Assembly (NCBI GenBank): GCA_003599235.1
Contig: QZJE01000013.1
Span: 78,536 to 142,535, forward strand
Length of the DNA stretch: 64,000 bases
Direction of reading: 5' to 3'
DNA from: Actinomycetota bacterium
GTDB taxonomy: Bacteria > Actinomycetota > Aquicultoria > SURF-47
Below are positions 26,494-35,892 of this stretch, piece by piece. Positions within the stretch are counted from its first letter, which is position 1. Every line of letters starts with the position of its first letter. The translations under genes and the position numbers were made by a program. The notes below the pieces were generated by a model, which saw nothing but the letters and a program-made list of their open reading frames with translations, was not told the DNA's origin and ran no database searches.

Positions 26494-27382
26494 GAGCTAG
26501 AGCAGCAGCACCGATAATGCCAGCATCTTCTGCTAGCGCTCCTTTAATTATCGGCACAAGTGGCCGATTTTTAAATAGTACGCGGTTGTAAGCTTTATTT
26601 CTGGCAGGCTCGATTAACATATCACCTATGGCAGATAGGCCTCCATTTAGTATTACTAGCTCGGGATCGAAGATATTAATAAGATTTGCTATGCCTACGC
26701 CCAATAATTCGCCGAGTTCAGCTAGTAAATTAATAGCGATTTCGTCACCTTGTTTAGCGTTTTGACTCACCATAGGGGCGGTTATTTTATCTGATCCCAT
26801 AACCTGCCTAGCCATAGAAGTAAGAGCCGTGCCTGAAGCAACTGCTTCTAGATCGCCATCATTTCCGCAAGTGCAATACGGACCGTTAATCAATACTGTC
26901 ATATGACCAAACTCAGAGGCAAAACCATGGCTTCCTCGGTATATCTGGCCATTAATAAAAGCTGCTCCGCCAATACCGGTACCAAGAGTTAGCAAAATAA
27001 AATTATCAACTTTCTTAGCCGAGCCAAATACTTTTTCGCCAATGGCTGAAACGTTAGCATCGTTATCAATAAAAGTATTAATTCTAAAGCAATTTTGTAT
27101 TGGTTTTACAAAATCAAAATTGCTTAAGGGTAAATTAGGGCTGTGCTCTACAATGCCCCGATGACAATCTACCAAACCGGCTATCCCTAAACCGATAGCT
27201 TCAGCTTTTGAGGCTGAATCAACTCGTTTTATTAATTCGATTACTTTTTCTACAATAGCCTGACCAGTAGTTTGAGGAGTCTTCTCCTCTACTCGCTTTA
27301 ATACTTCACCTTGGTTATTAACCAAACCAACTCGTATCTTAGAAGCACCAATATCGCCGGCAATTACTTTTCCTATTTTCAT
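26471..27382 (-). CDS. ROK-family sugar kinase (glucokinase-like)
   Basis: IAGDIGASKIRVGLV, DNDANVSAIGE, LTLGTGIGGA and the ROK Cys motif region CTCGNDGDLE. Confidence 0.8.
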   Translation of the reverse strand: MKIGKVIAGDIGASKIRVGLVNNQGEVLKRVEEKTPQTTGQAIVEKVIELIKRVDSASKAEAIGLGIAGLVDCHRGIVEHSPNLPLSNFDFVKPIQNCFRINTFIDNDANVSAIGEKVFGSAKKVDNFILLTLGTGIGGAAFINGQIYRGSHGFASEFGHMTVLINGPYCTCGNDGDLEAVASGTALTSMARQVMGSDKITAPMVSQNAKQGDEIAINLLAELGELLGVGIANLINIFDPELVILNGGLSAIGDMLIEPARNKAYNRVLFKNRPLVPIIKGALAEDAGIIGAAALALENVHTT

Positions 27383-27409
27383 ATCTGAACTATACTACAA
27401 AATTATCTG

Positions 27410-28042
27410 ATGAAAACTCTTATTAGCTTGTTAAACATTTTTTTACATATAGACAAACAACTGGGCTCATTAACAAATGAGTATGGCTTATGGATTTATT
27501 TGATACTTTTCATAGTAATATTTTGCGAAACAGGTTTAATAGTTACACCATTCTTGCCAGGAGACTCTCTTCTTTTTGCAGCCGGAGCCATCGCCGCTAT
27601 CGGCTCTCTTAATATTAGCTGGTTGTTTTTTCTGTTATTTTTAGCAGCTGTCCTGGGAGATACGGTTAATTACACAATTGGCAATCTATTTGGCCAGCGC
27701 ATTCTAGAAAACAAAAAAATACCTTTTATCAAGCAAAAACACCTGGAAAAAACAAATAAATTTTTTGAAAAACACGGTAAAAAAACCATTATAATCGCCC
27801 GTTTTGTCCCTATTGTTCGTACTTTTGCCCCTTTTATTGCCGGAGTGGGCAAAATGAATTACGGTCAATTTCTTAGTTTTAACGTGGTGGGTGGATTTGT
27901 GTGGATAAGCCTTTTTACCTTTGGAGGTTACTTTTTTGGAAATATTTCCTTTGTAAAGAGTAATTTCAGCCTTATCGTTGTGGTCATAATCCTTATTTCG
28001 GTTGTACCTATTGCATTAGAGTTACTTAAGAAAAAGAGCTAG
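27410..28042 (+). CDS. DedA-family membrane protein
   Basis: ETGLIVTPFLPGDSLLFAAGA and ...GKKTIIIARFVPIVRTFAPFIAG are canonical DedA/SNARE-associated motifs. Confidence 0.85.
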   Translation: MKTLISLLNIFLHIDKQLGSLTNEYGLWIYLILFIVIFCETGLIVTPFLPGDSLLFAAGAIAAIGSLNISWLFFLLFLAAVLGDTVNYTIGNLFGQRILENKKIPFIKQKHLEKTNKFFEKHGKKTIIIARFVPIVRTFAPFIAGVGKMNYGQFLSFNVVGGFVWISLFTFGGYFFGNISFVKSNFSLIVVVIILISVVPIALELLKKKS

Positions 28043-30686
28043 ACTTACGGATTTTTACCCGATCTAGAGCTATTTCCATAAAAAATATAGAAATGAGAAT
28101 CAGCCCCCACTGGGTTAAATCAATCGGAGTTGTTTTAAATATTGGGCGAGCCAGAGGAATATAGACTACCCCTAAATGCAAAACAGCCGAGGCAGAACTA
28201 GCTAATAGCAGCCATTTATTCTTTAAGGTGTTTAAGGAAAAGAAAGTTTTATCAAAAGAGCGGTAGTTAAATGAGTGCACCAGCTGGGCCAGAACTAAAG
28301 CCGTAAAAACCGAAGTTTGAGCTACTGCTATACTTGTTTTAAAGACAAAAGTTGTTATTAGAAAAACGCCTACAGCCATCACCGTAAGTATTGCTCCCTC
28401 AAGGATAACTTTTGTACGGTTTTGCTTAGACAAAATCCCTTCGCTCTTATCTCTTGGCGGCCTCTTCATCAAGCCTTCTTCGGCCGGATCTACTCCTAGG
28501 GCCAACGCAGGCAAACCGTCAGTTATTAGGTTTATCCAAAGAATTTGAATAGGAAGCAGAGGAACCCCGGCTTTCAGTACGATAAAAGCAAAGAAGATAG
28601 TTAGCACTTCACTAACATTGCACGATAAAAGAAAAGAAATGAATTTTTTTAGATTATCAAAAATCATTCTGCCTAGTTTGACTGCTTTTACAATGCTTGC
28701 AAAGTTATCATCAGTTAATATCATGTCAGCGGCTTCTTTGCTTACATCGGTGCCGGTAATTCCCATTGCCACCCCGATGTCGGCCCCTTTGAGAGCCGGA
28801 GCATCGTTTACCCCATCACCTGTCATCGATACTATGTGACCGTGAGCTTTTAAGGCTTTTAGAATCTTTACTTTTTGCTCTGGATTTACTCTAGAGAAAA
28901 CGCCAATGCCTTCAATTTGCTCTACTAATTCTTGGTCGCTTAGTTTTTCTAGTTCAACAGAAGTCATTACCTTGCGGTTATCAAGCAAACCGATATCAGA
29001 TGCAATTTTCTGGGCAGTTAACTGATGGTCGCCGGTAATCATAATTACCTTTATACCAGCTCGCTTGGCTACCTCAAGAGCTTTAATTACCTCCGGACGG
29101 GCAGGATCAATGAGAGCACTAAAACCTACTAAAACAAGGTCTTTTTCTAAATCATTTTTAGAAGGCTTGGCGCTAAACTGGCGGTAAGCAAAAGCTAGGG
29201 TGCGATAGCCCTTGGAGGCCATATGAGAAGTTTCCTCCAACAAACATTTTGCTTCATTACTATCAATATCCTTGAGCTCTCCATTAATAAGTATTTGCCG
29301 GCATAAACCGATTACAGCCTCAGGTGCCCCTTTGGTTAATGATAGAAAGTCATTTCCGAACTTATTGACGGTGGTCATCATCTTGCGTTCGGAATCAAAA
29401 GGTAACTCATCGGCTCTCTTATGTAGATTCTCAAGCTCATTTTTATCAAAGCCGCTTTTCTTTCCTGCAGCTATCAAGGCCGTCTCAGTGGGATCACCCA
29501 GTAGTTCTTCTCCAGATATCCGGGCATCATTACAAAGGACTGCTATTTGGAATAGCTTAGCTAATGGGGCACTGACTTCAGACTTCAGACTTCCGACTTC
29601 AGCCCAACTTCCATCAACGTAGAAGTGCTCTACCATCATCTCGTTTAAAGTAATAGTGCCAGTCTTATCACTACAGATATAGTCGACTGCACCCAAAGTC
29701 TCCACCGCATGAAGCCTCTTTACCACCGCGTGAACCTTTGACATGTGCTGGACTCCTATTGCCAAAGTGACAGTAACAACTGCTGGCAAACCTTCAGGAA
29801 CAGCAGCTACTGCCAAACTAACAGCAGTTAAGAACATTAAAGTAACCGGATTACCTTTAACAACTATTCCAAAGACAAAAACAAAAAAAGCTATGAAAAG
29901 AACAGCGATAGTGATTTGTTGTCCAACCTTTTTAAGCTCAACTTGCAGAGGCGTTTTTTCCTGGGGAACTTGAATTAGCTTGGCGATTTTGCCGATTTGA
30001 GTATTCGAGCCTGTTGCCGTGATAACAACCTTAGCTCGGCCTCTAACTACTGTCGTTCCGGAAAAAACCATGTCAGATTGGTCACCAAGGGGCAGGTTTT
30101 TACCAATCACAGGTTCGGGATTCTTTTCAACAGCATGGGATTCTCCTGTTAGAGAGGACTCTTGTACCGCAAAAGAAGCGGCCTCAATAATTCGGCCGTC
30201 AGCTGGTATTTTGTCTCCTGCTTCAAGCATTATTATATCTCCTGGCACCAGAAGTTCGGTACTTATTTCGTATTCTTTTTGCCTAATTACAATGATTTTT
30301 AGTGCTGATAATTTTTTAAGAGCCTCTAGAGCTTTTTCGGCGCGAAAGGTTTGGACAAAACCCAAAATTGCATTTAGAAACAGGATAAGACCGATAACAA
30401 ATGCATCGATTAATTCCTCCGAGGTTCCTGATTTAAATCCAATAAAAGCCGATACAATTGCCGCAGCTATTAAAATCCAGATAATAAAATCGTTAAACTG
30501 TTCCAGGAAAATAAAGACAGGATGTTTCTTTTTAGCCTCTTTAATCTTATTATGACCAAACTCAGCCAACCGCGCACTGGCTTCGTCTTGGCTCAAGCCA
30601 GTTGAAGCGTCAGTTTTTAGTGTATTTATTACTTCTTCAGCTGTTTTTTGATACCAATTATTATCCACTAATCCCTTAATCCTCAT
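28026..30686 (-). CDS. P-type ATPase, P2A (SERCA/Ca2+-ATPase-like)
   Basis: TM4 AAVPEGLPAVVTVTLA, CSDKTGTITLNEM, TM5 SCNVSEV, TM6 [49 protein letters not shown]. Confidence 0.85.
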   Translation of the reverse strand: MRIKGLVDNNWYQKTAEEVINTLKTDASTGLSQDEASARLAEFGHNKIKEAKKKHPVFIFLEQFNDFIIWILIAAAIVSAFIGFKSGTSEELIDAFVIGLILFLNAILGFVQTFRAEKALEALKKLSALKIIVIRQKEYEISTELLVPGDIIMLEAGDKIPADGRIIEAASFAVQESSLTGESHAVEKNPEPVIGKNLPLGDQSDMVFSGTTVVRGRAKVVITATGSNTQIGKIAKLIQVPQEKTPLQVELKKVGQQITIAVLFIAFFVFVFGIVVKGNPVTLMFLTAVSLAVAAVPEGLPAVVTVTLAIGVQHMSKVHAVVKRLHAVETLGAVDYICSDKTGTITLNEMMVEHFYVDGSWAEVGSLKSEVSAPLAKLFQIAVLCNDARISGEELLGDPTETALIAAGKKSGFDKNELENLHKRADELPFDSERKMMTTVNKFGNDFLSLTKGAPEAVIGLCRQILINGELKDIDSNEAKCLLEETSHMASKGYRTLAFAYRQFSAKPSKNDLEKDLVLVGFSALIDPARPEVIKALEVAKRAGIKVIMITGDHQLTAQKIASDIGLLDNRKVMTSVELEKLSDQELVEQIEGIGVFSRVNPEQKVKILKALKAHGHIVSMTGDGVNDAPALKGADIGVAMGITGTDVSKEAADMILTDDNFASIVKAVKLGRMIFDNLKKFISFLLSCNVSEVLTIFFAFIVLKAGVPLLPIQILWINLITDGLPALALGVDPAEEGLMKRPPRDKSEGILSKQNRTKVILEGAILTVMAVGVFLITTFVFKTSIAVAQTSVFTALVLAQLVHSFNYRSFDKTFFSLNTLKNKWLLLASSASAVLHLGVVYIPLARPIFKTTPIDLTQWGLILISIFFMEIALDRVKIRKSSSFS

Positions 30687-30890
30687 TCCTTGTCCCTGCT
30701 CTAAAGATGGGCTAGCCTGCCTTTAGAGCCAGCGCTTGTATCCTTACTCCAATTATGGTTTCATAATAGCTTGTTAGACTAAGTTAAACAAACCGCTTTA
30801 TTGGTTTATTTTCCATCATTTTAGATATAAAAAGTAATAAGAATAATTAGCCAAAATTAACTATAGGTTAATAAAAATGGGAGGATTTAA

Positions 30891-32000
30891 ATGGTAGAGA
30901 AGTACACATTAAGTATCATCAAAGCAGACGTTGGTGGCGATGTGGGACACAGTTCCGTTCATCCTGAATTATTAGCTAAAGCCGACGAGCAATTAGCTAA
31001 AGCCAAAAAAGATGGTCTGATAGTAGATTATTGCCGTGGTCTGGTAGGAGACGATACAGCTCTTATCATGAGCCACGAACATGGTGTAGACGCCCCAAAT
31101 ATTCATGAGTTCGCCTGGAAAACTTTTGAGGCTATGACTGAGGTAGCACAAAAACTAAAACAGTACGGTGCCGGCCAGGATTTATTATCCACTGCCTTTT
31201 CCGGAAATGTAAGAGGCATGGGACCAGGTGTAGCTGAGATGGATATTGAAGAAAGAAAAGCTGAACCCTTACTTTGCTTTTTAGCTGATAAAACCGAGCC
31301 CGGTGCTTGGAATATGCCACTTTACAAGATGTTTTGCGATCCATTCACGACTGCCGGTTTAGTAATTGACCCCAGCATGCACGATGGGTTCAATTTTGAA
31401 GTTCACGATTTAATCGAGAAAAGAAAAATTATTTTTAGCTGTCCCGAAGAAGCTTATTCTATGCTAGCTTTTATTGGCGCTCCTGGCAGATATGTAATAA
31501 AAAGCGTCTTTCGTAAAGAAGACGGCATGATTGCTGCTTCTACTTCTACCCAGCGTCTAAGCTTGATAGCTGGTAAGTATGTCGGAAAAGACGACCCGGT
31601 AATGATGGTTCGTTGCCAAAACGGCTTACCGGCAGTAGGTGAAGCTTTAGACCCATTTGCTCACGCTTATATGGTAGCCGGCTGGATGCGCGGCAGCCAT
31701 CATGGCCCCATGATGCCAGTTGGTTTTGAGGATTCTACTCCAACCAGGTTTGATGGTCCACCAAGAGTTGTCTGTTACGGATTCCAGATGGCAAATGGTA
31801 ATTTTATTGGACCAAGAGATATGTTTGCTGATGTCAGCTACGATAATGCCAGAGCTGAAGCTCTATGGGCTGCTGACTACTTCAGAAAACAAGGTCCATT
31901 CGAGCCGCATCGCTTAAGCTTAGAGGACTTGGAATACACCACTATGCCTAAGTTGATGGAAGACTTAAAGTCTAAATGGCAGCCTGAAAAAGACGAATAG
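30891..32000 (+). CDS. fbp: Fructose-1,6-bisphosphate aldolase/phosphatase (class V, archaeal-type)
   Basis: N-terminus LSIIKADVGGDVGHSSVHPELL and overall length (369 aa) match the bifunctional FBP aldolase/phosphatase family. A strong RBS GGGAGGA precedes the ATG. Confidence 0.88.
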   Translation: MVEKYTLSIIKADVGGDVGHSSVHPELLAKADEQLAKAKKDGLIVDYCRGLVGDDTALIMSHEHGVDAPNIHEFAWKTFEAMTEVAQKLKQYGAGQDLLSTAFSGNVRGMGPGVAEMDIEERKAEPLLCFLADKTEPGAWNMPLYKMFCDPFTTAGLVIDPSMHDGFNFEVHDLIEKRKIIFSCPEEAYSMLAFIGAPGRYVIKSVFRKEDGMIAASTSTQRLSLIAGKYVGKDDPVMMVRCQNGLPAVGEALDPFAHAYMVAGWMRGSHHGPMMPVGFEDSTPTRFDGPPRVVCYGFQMANGNFIGPRDMFADVSYDNARAEALWAADYFRKQGPFEPHRLSLEDLEYTTMPKLMEDLKSKWQPEKDE

Positions 32001-32016
32001 TTGATATAATTAGCAA

Positions 32017-32721
32017 ATGATCCTCATAATTTGGATTGCCCTATTAGGCTTAGTTATAGCTGGTCTAATAACATTCTACGAGTATCACGGTTTTGGTGAC
32101 CAAAATGAGATTGTTCGCAGCGGCAATGTAGAAAGTGCTGTGAGCTTAACATTTGATGACGGCCCTAATCCCAAATATACTCCGGATATTCTAGATATCT
32201 TAAAAAACAAAGGAGTTAAAGCGACTTTTTTTGTAGTAGGATCCCATGTCAAACGCTATCCAGATATTGCTCGTCGTATTGTTGAAGATGGCCATGACAT
32301 AGCTAATCACACTTATAACCATCGGGAACTAGTAAGGTCTAGCAAAGAGACAATAGTCAAAGAACTTGATAAAACCAATTTGGCTATAGCTGATATAACG
32401 GGTGTATCAACCAACCTTTTCCGTCCGCCTAGAGGACTTCATTCTAAAACCAGCCGTCAGTTGATTGAAGAGAAAGGCTACAAAATTATCTTGTGGAGCT
32501 TAAGTTCAGTTGATTGGCAAAATCCACCACCAAGCCGCATCATCAACCGAGTTAAAAAGTATGTTAAAGGAAGTAGTATTATTTTATTCCATGACTCAGG
32601 ATCGCTTCTTGGAAAAGAAGGCGGAAGCAGACAAAGCACAGTTAAAGCGTTACCAGCTATAATTGACTATTTGCATCAAAGTGGTTATACAATAGAGCCT
32701 GTAAGCAAAGTAATTGCCTAG
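32017..32721 (+). CDS. Polysaccharide deacetylase (NodB/CE4), membrane-anchored
   Basis: N-terminal TM. LTFDDGPNP.YTP.IL.IL....VKATFFVVG, HTYNH and LFRPP.G motifs are intact. Confidence 0.85.
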   Translation: MILIIWIALLGLVIAGLITFYEYHGFGDQNEIVRSGNVESAVSLTFDDGPNPKYTPDILDILKNKGVKATFFVVGSHVKRYPDIARRIVEDGHDIANHTYNHRELVRSSKETIVKELDKTNLAIADITGVSTNLFRPPRGLHSKTSRQLIEEKGYKIILWSLSSVDWQNPPPSRIINRVKKYVKGSSIILFHDSGSLLGKEGGSRQSTVKALPAIIDYLHQSGYTIEPVSKVIA

Positions 32722-32736
32722 ATTGACGGAGCCAAA

Positions 32737-33918
32737 ATGAAAATATTAGTAGCCCCCGATAAATTTAAAGGAACGCTTGATTCAAAATCTGTTGCCAAAA
32801 GTATTATCACAGGCATCAAGGAAGTTAATCCCGACCTTGAAACAATCTTGTGTCCCATTGCCGATGGTGGAGATGACACTATCAACGTAGTGCTGGCTAA
32901 CAAGACAGGCAGAAAAATGCTTACCAATGTTACCGGTCCCTTAAACAAACCATTAGGATCCTATTTTGCAATTTTTACAGAAAGGGATAAAAAAGTCGGC
33001 TTAATAGAAATGGCTGCTGCTTCGGGCTTAAGTTTAGTACCCGAAAGAAAACGAAATCCTCTTAAAACTACCACTTTTGGAACCGGAGAATTAATTAAAA
33101 CTGCTTTAAATAGCAACTGCCGTAAAATTATTATTGGCCTGGGAGGAAGCGCTACTTGTGACGGTGGCACAGGAATGGCTCAGGCATTAGGAGTTAGGTT
33201 TCTAGACAAAAGAGGCAAAACGGTAGGTCTTGGGGGTAAATCTCTTTTGGATATTCACACTATCGATATAGGCAATCTAGATAAAAGAATTAAAAGCAGA
33301 AAGATAATCGCTGCTTGCGACGTTGATAATCCACTTTATGGCCCAAGGGGCGCCGCAAAAGTCTATGCTGGACAAAAAGGAGCAGGGGTTGTCCAAATCA
33401 ACCAACTGGAGCAAGGCTTAGTTCACTTATCCAACCTCATAAAAGAGCAGCTAGGAATAGATGTGTCCCAATTGGAAGGGGGCGGAGCTGCTGGAGGATT
33501 AGGAGCGGGGTTGGTAGCTTTTTTGCAAGCCAAAATAGTACCGGGCTTTGAGGTGGTCTCTAAGCTAATAGATCTAAAAAATAAAATTAAAAAAGCTGAT
33601 TTAATTATAACTGGCGAAGGTAAGCTGGATGAACAATCTTTATCTGGCAAAGCTCCTATTGCTTTGGCAAAAATGGCTTTATCGCTTGATAAACCAGTAG
33701 GATTTATTGTGGGTCAACTAGGAGAGGGCTGGCAAAAAGCAAGGAAATATGCTATAAAAATTATCTCTTTAGCTTCTTTGGTAGAAGGAGCAAACATGGC
33801 TAGCCTGGAAATTGGAGGCAATATGAACTTAGGCCAGTTAAGAGGCAAAATAGCAACTGAAAACGCCGCTAAGTTTATCAAAATGGCCAGCCATGAACTT
33901 ATTAAAGACATACTATGA
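32737..33918 (+). CDS. glxK: Glycerate kinase
   Basis: MKILVAPDKFKGTLDS..VA..I opening, GGSATCDGGTGM and ITGEGKLDEQSL.GK are typical of the GlxK/GarK family. Confidence 0.85.
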   Translation: MKILVAPDKFKGTLDSKSVAKSIITGIKEVNPDLETILCPIADGGDDTINVVLANKTGRKMLTNVTGPLNKPLGSYFAIFTERDKKVGLIEMAAASGLSLVPERKRNPLKTTTFGTGELIKTALNSNCRKIIIGLGGSATCDGGTGMAQALGVRFLDKRGKTVGLGGKSLLDIHTIDIGNLDKRIKSRKIIAACDVDNPLYGPRGAAKVYAGQKGAGVVQINQLEQGLVHLSNLIKEQLGIDVSQLEGGGAAGGLGAGLVAFLQAKIVPGFEVVSKLIDLKNKIKKADLIITGEGKLDEQSLSGKAPIALAKMALSLDKPVGFIVGQLGEGWQKARKYAIKIISLASLVEGANMASLEIGGNMNLGQLRGKIATENAAKFIKMASHELIKDIL

Positions 33919-34463
33919 TTAACAAAAGATTTTTAATAGTCTTAGTATTATTAACATTGTTACTATCCGCTTGTTCCAATCCTGTCCAAGTTACCTCTTT
34001 TAAGACAACTAACTCAAAAAATGATTTCACCAGCCCCGATATTATTATTACCTATAATAATAAGCAGGTAGCTGGGCAAGTAACTAGCGGTTCCTGGACT
34101 TTTAATGGCCGAAAATCAGCTTTAGGCAGCTCAGCAAAGTTACCAAAATCCATAAATGTGGTACCTGACAAAAAATTAAATCTGCTATTCTATAAGCCAC
34201 GAACAGAACAATTTTTAGATGTTAGCCTACAAATTAAACTATTTAATGCATCTGATTGGAAATCAGCCACCAAAGAGGAACCAGTTGCAATATTTTCATT
34301 TAACAAACGATACAATAAATTAATTTTCCGACCTCAGGACATTGTTAGCACCTTGACCGTTAACAAAAAAGATAATTATATTCTGTCAACCGAACTTAAG
34401 GCTGAAAACAATAAAAAAGAGTTTGGATATTTACGAAAAATGTATAACCTTGAAGTTTACTAA
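33915..34463 (+). CDS. Hypothetical lipoprotein
   Basis: Signal peptide with lipobox LLLSAC. ATGA start/stop overlap with glxK. No family recognised. Confidence 0.6.
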   Translation: MINKRFLIVLVLLTLLLSACSNPVQVTSFKTTNSKNDFTSPDIIITYNNKQVAGQVTSGSWTFNGRKSALGSSAKLPKSINVVPDKKLNLLFYKPRTEQFLDVSLQIKLFNASDWKSATKEEPVAIFSFNKRYNKLIFRPQDIVSTLTVNKKDNYILSTELKAENNKKEFGYLRKMYNLEVY

Positions 34464-34688
34464 TTCTTTTTCAAGACTGTTTCCTGTCTCTTCCTAGACT
34501 GTGGCCTGCTACAACCTAGCTTTCGCTTGTACCCCTATCTACCTGCACTTTTCTTTAAATTTTGCTTGAAACTGTAGGCTAAGACTGCTAAACTATTTGC
34601 GGCGCTATACCCTATTGACAATAATTTTAAACCCTGTAACATAGCCAATTCGGATTTCGTTGTTCGAAAAAACATTAGGAGGAGATTT

Positions 34689-35774
34689 ATTATTTTTAGT
34701 AAAATTATTAAAAAATTAGCAGCAATCACCGCAGCTAGTTCTCTGCTGGTAATAAGCATTGTTCCTGGATCAATTCCTGCAGTTCAAGCTGCCCGAAGAA
34801 CTAATTTTAACGGTTTAAGAATCGTCATCGACCCAGGCCACGGCGGCTCAGACCCGGGAGCACCATCTCCTGGTGGCGGATTAACTGAGGCTAATCTAGT
34901 CCTAAGTATGGCCCGGATGCTAACAGTAATGCTTAAAGAGCAAGGTGCTGAAGTTGTTTTAACTCGCGGCGAAGACTATTTTGTTAATTTACAGCAACGT
35001 CCAGCCATAGCAAACCAGCGTAAAGCTGATGCTTTTGTATCGATTCACCTGAATAGCTCGACTAGTCCGGCTTCTAATGGAACCGAGACCTATTATTACA
35101 GTGCCGGCTCAGCTAAACTAGCCAGTGTCGTTTATAATAACCTGGTAAATGACCTTAAATTAAAAGGACGTGGGATAAGGACAGCTAGTTTTGCCGTTAT
35201 AAACAAAAACGATATGCCAGCAATTTTAACGGAAGCTTCGTTTATTTCTAACCCAAATGAAGCTGCAAAGCTAAAAAATGTTAACTATCAAAAGGTTCAA
35301 GCAAAAGCAATATTTAAGGGACTAAAAGATTTCTTCGGTGTCCATTCGCCAAAGCCTAAGCCGCCGGCTCCAGCTCCACCAGTACCCACTGTGGCAGAAG
35401 CCCCGGCACCAACCCAAGTCAGCGCAATACCAACTCCAGTAGTAGCAGCTCCGGCTATCACTGCTCCGCCAATGCTAACAATAGCATATCAGGGAATAAC
35501 CGGAACAATCGAGGCTAATAAGTTCCAGTATAATCTCAATTACGTTGATAAAAATATCGCAGATCCTTTAGTGATTACTAGCAATGTCGACCACCCAGCT
35601 AAAGCAAAAATCAGGCTGACTGATATAGGGGGCGAAGAAGTAGATGTTCTTAACACTGAAATTGGCCCTAAGGCCAGTTTTTCCTTCGTTCCTGCTGAAC
35701 ACTTTAAGGGGATAATGTTTGGAGGTATTCAGATATTTTCTGACAACGCCGACATCATGTTGGGACAGCAGTAA
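34689..35774 (+). CDS. N-acetylmuramoyl-L-alanine amidase (Amidase_3) with Pro-rich linker and unknown C-terminal domain; start codon uncertain
   Basis: The ORF track starts at ATG 34908. The same frame is open from 34578 and encodes a signal peptide (KKLAAITAASSLLVISIVPGSIPAVQAA) and the essential IVIDPGHGGSDPGA motif upstream of that ATG. AGGAGG at 34677-34682 is followed by ATT ATT at 34689/34692. Confidence 0.7.
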   Translation: MIFSKIIKKLAAITAASSLLVISIVPGSIPAVQAARRTNFNGLRIVIDPGHGGSDPGAPSPGGGLTEANLVLSMARMLTVMLKEQGAEVVLTRGEDYFVNLQQRPAIANQRKADAFVSIHLNSSTSPASNGTETYYYSAGSAKLASVVYNNLVNDLKLKGRGIRTASFAVINKNDMPAILTEASFISNPNEAAKLKNVNYQKVQAKAIFKGLKDFFGVHSPKPKPPAPAPPVPTVAEAPAPTQVSAIPTPVVAAPAITAPPMLTIAYQGITGTIEANKFQYNLNYVDKNIADPLVITSNVDHPAKAKIRLTDIGGEEVDVLNTEIGPKASFSFVPAEHFKGIMFGGIQIFSDNADIMLGQQ

Positions 35775-35839
35775 TTCAGCAATAGCTATAAGTTGTAAGC
35801 CATAATATAGGGCGTTGTCATTTGGATAACGCCCTATAT
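35772..35839 (+). repeat. Heptad stop-codon array plus 12-bp-stem hairpin following the amidase stop
   Basis: TAA ttcagca atagcta taagttg taagcca taatata, with TAA at 35789/35796/35803 and TAG at 35783/35808. Then the hairpin atatagggcgtt-gtcatttggat-aacgccctatat. Confidence 0.6.
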
Positions 35840-35849
35840 TTGATATAAT
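35822..35849 (+). promoter_or_regulatory. Putative promoter of the BNR-propeller gene
   Basis: TTGGAT (35822-35827), 16-nt spacer, TATAAT (35844-35849). GGAGG RBS before the ATG at 35893. Confidence 0.35.
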
Positions 35850-35892
35850 TACTAAGGTAGCAGTATTAATCGTAGCAACCTTGGAGGCAAGC

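Noticed and set aside
20456-27400. Integrated mobile element next to tRNA-Arg(CCT).
   Set aside because: There is no integrase, recombinase or transposase ORF and no direct repeat of the tRNA 3' end that I could find. Only the abutting position of copB is suggestive, and that is mentioned under the copper-operon finding.
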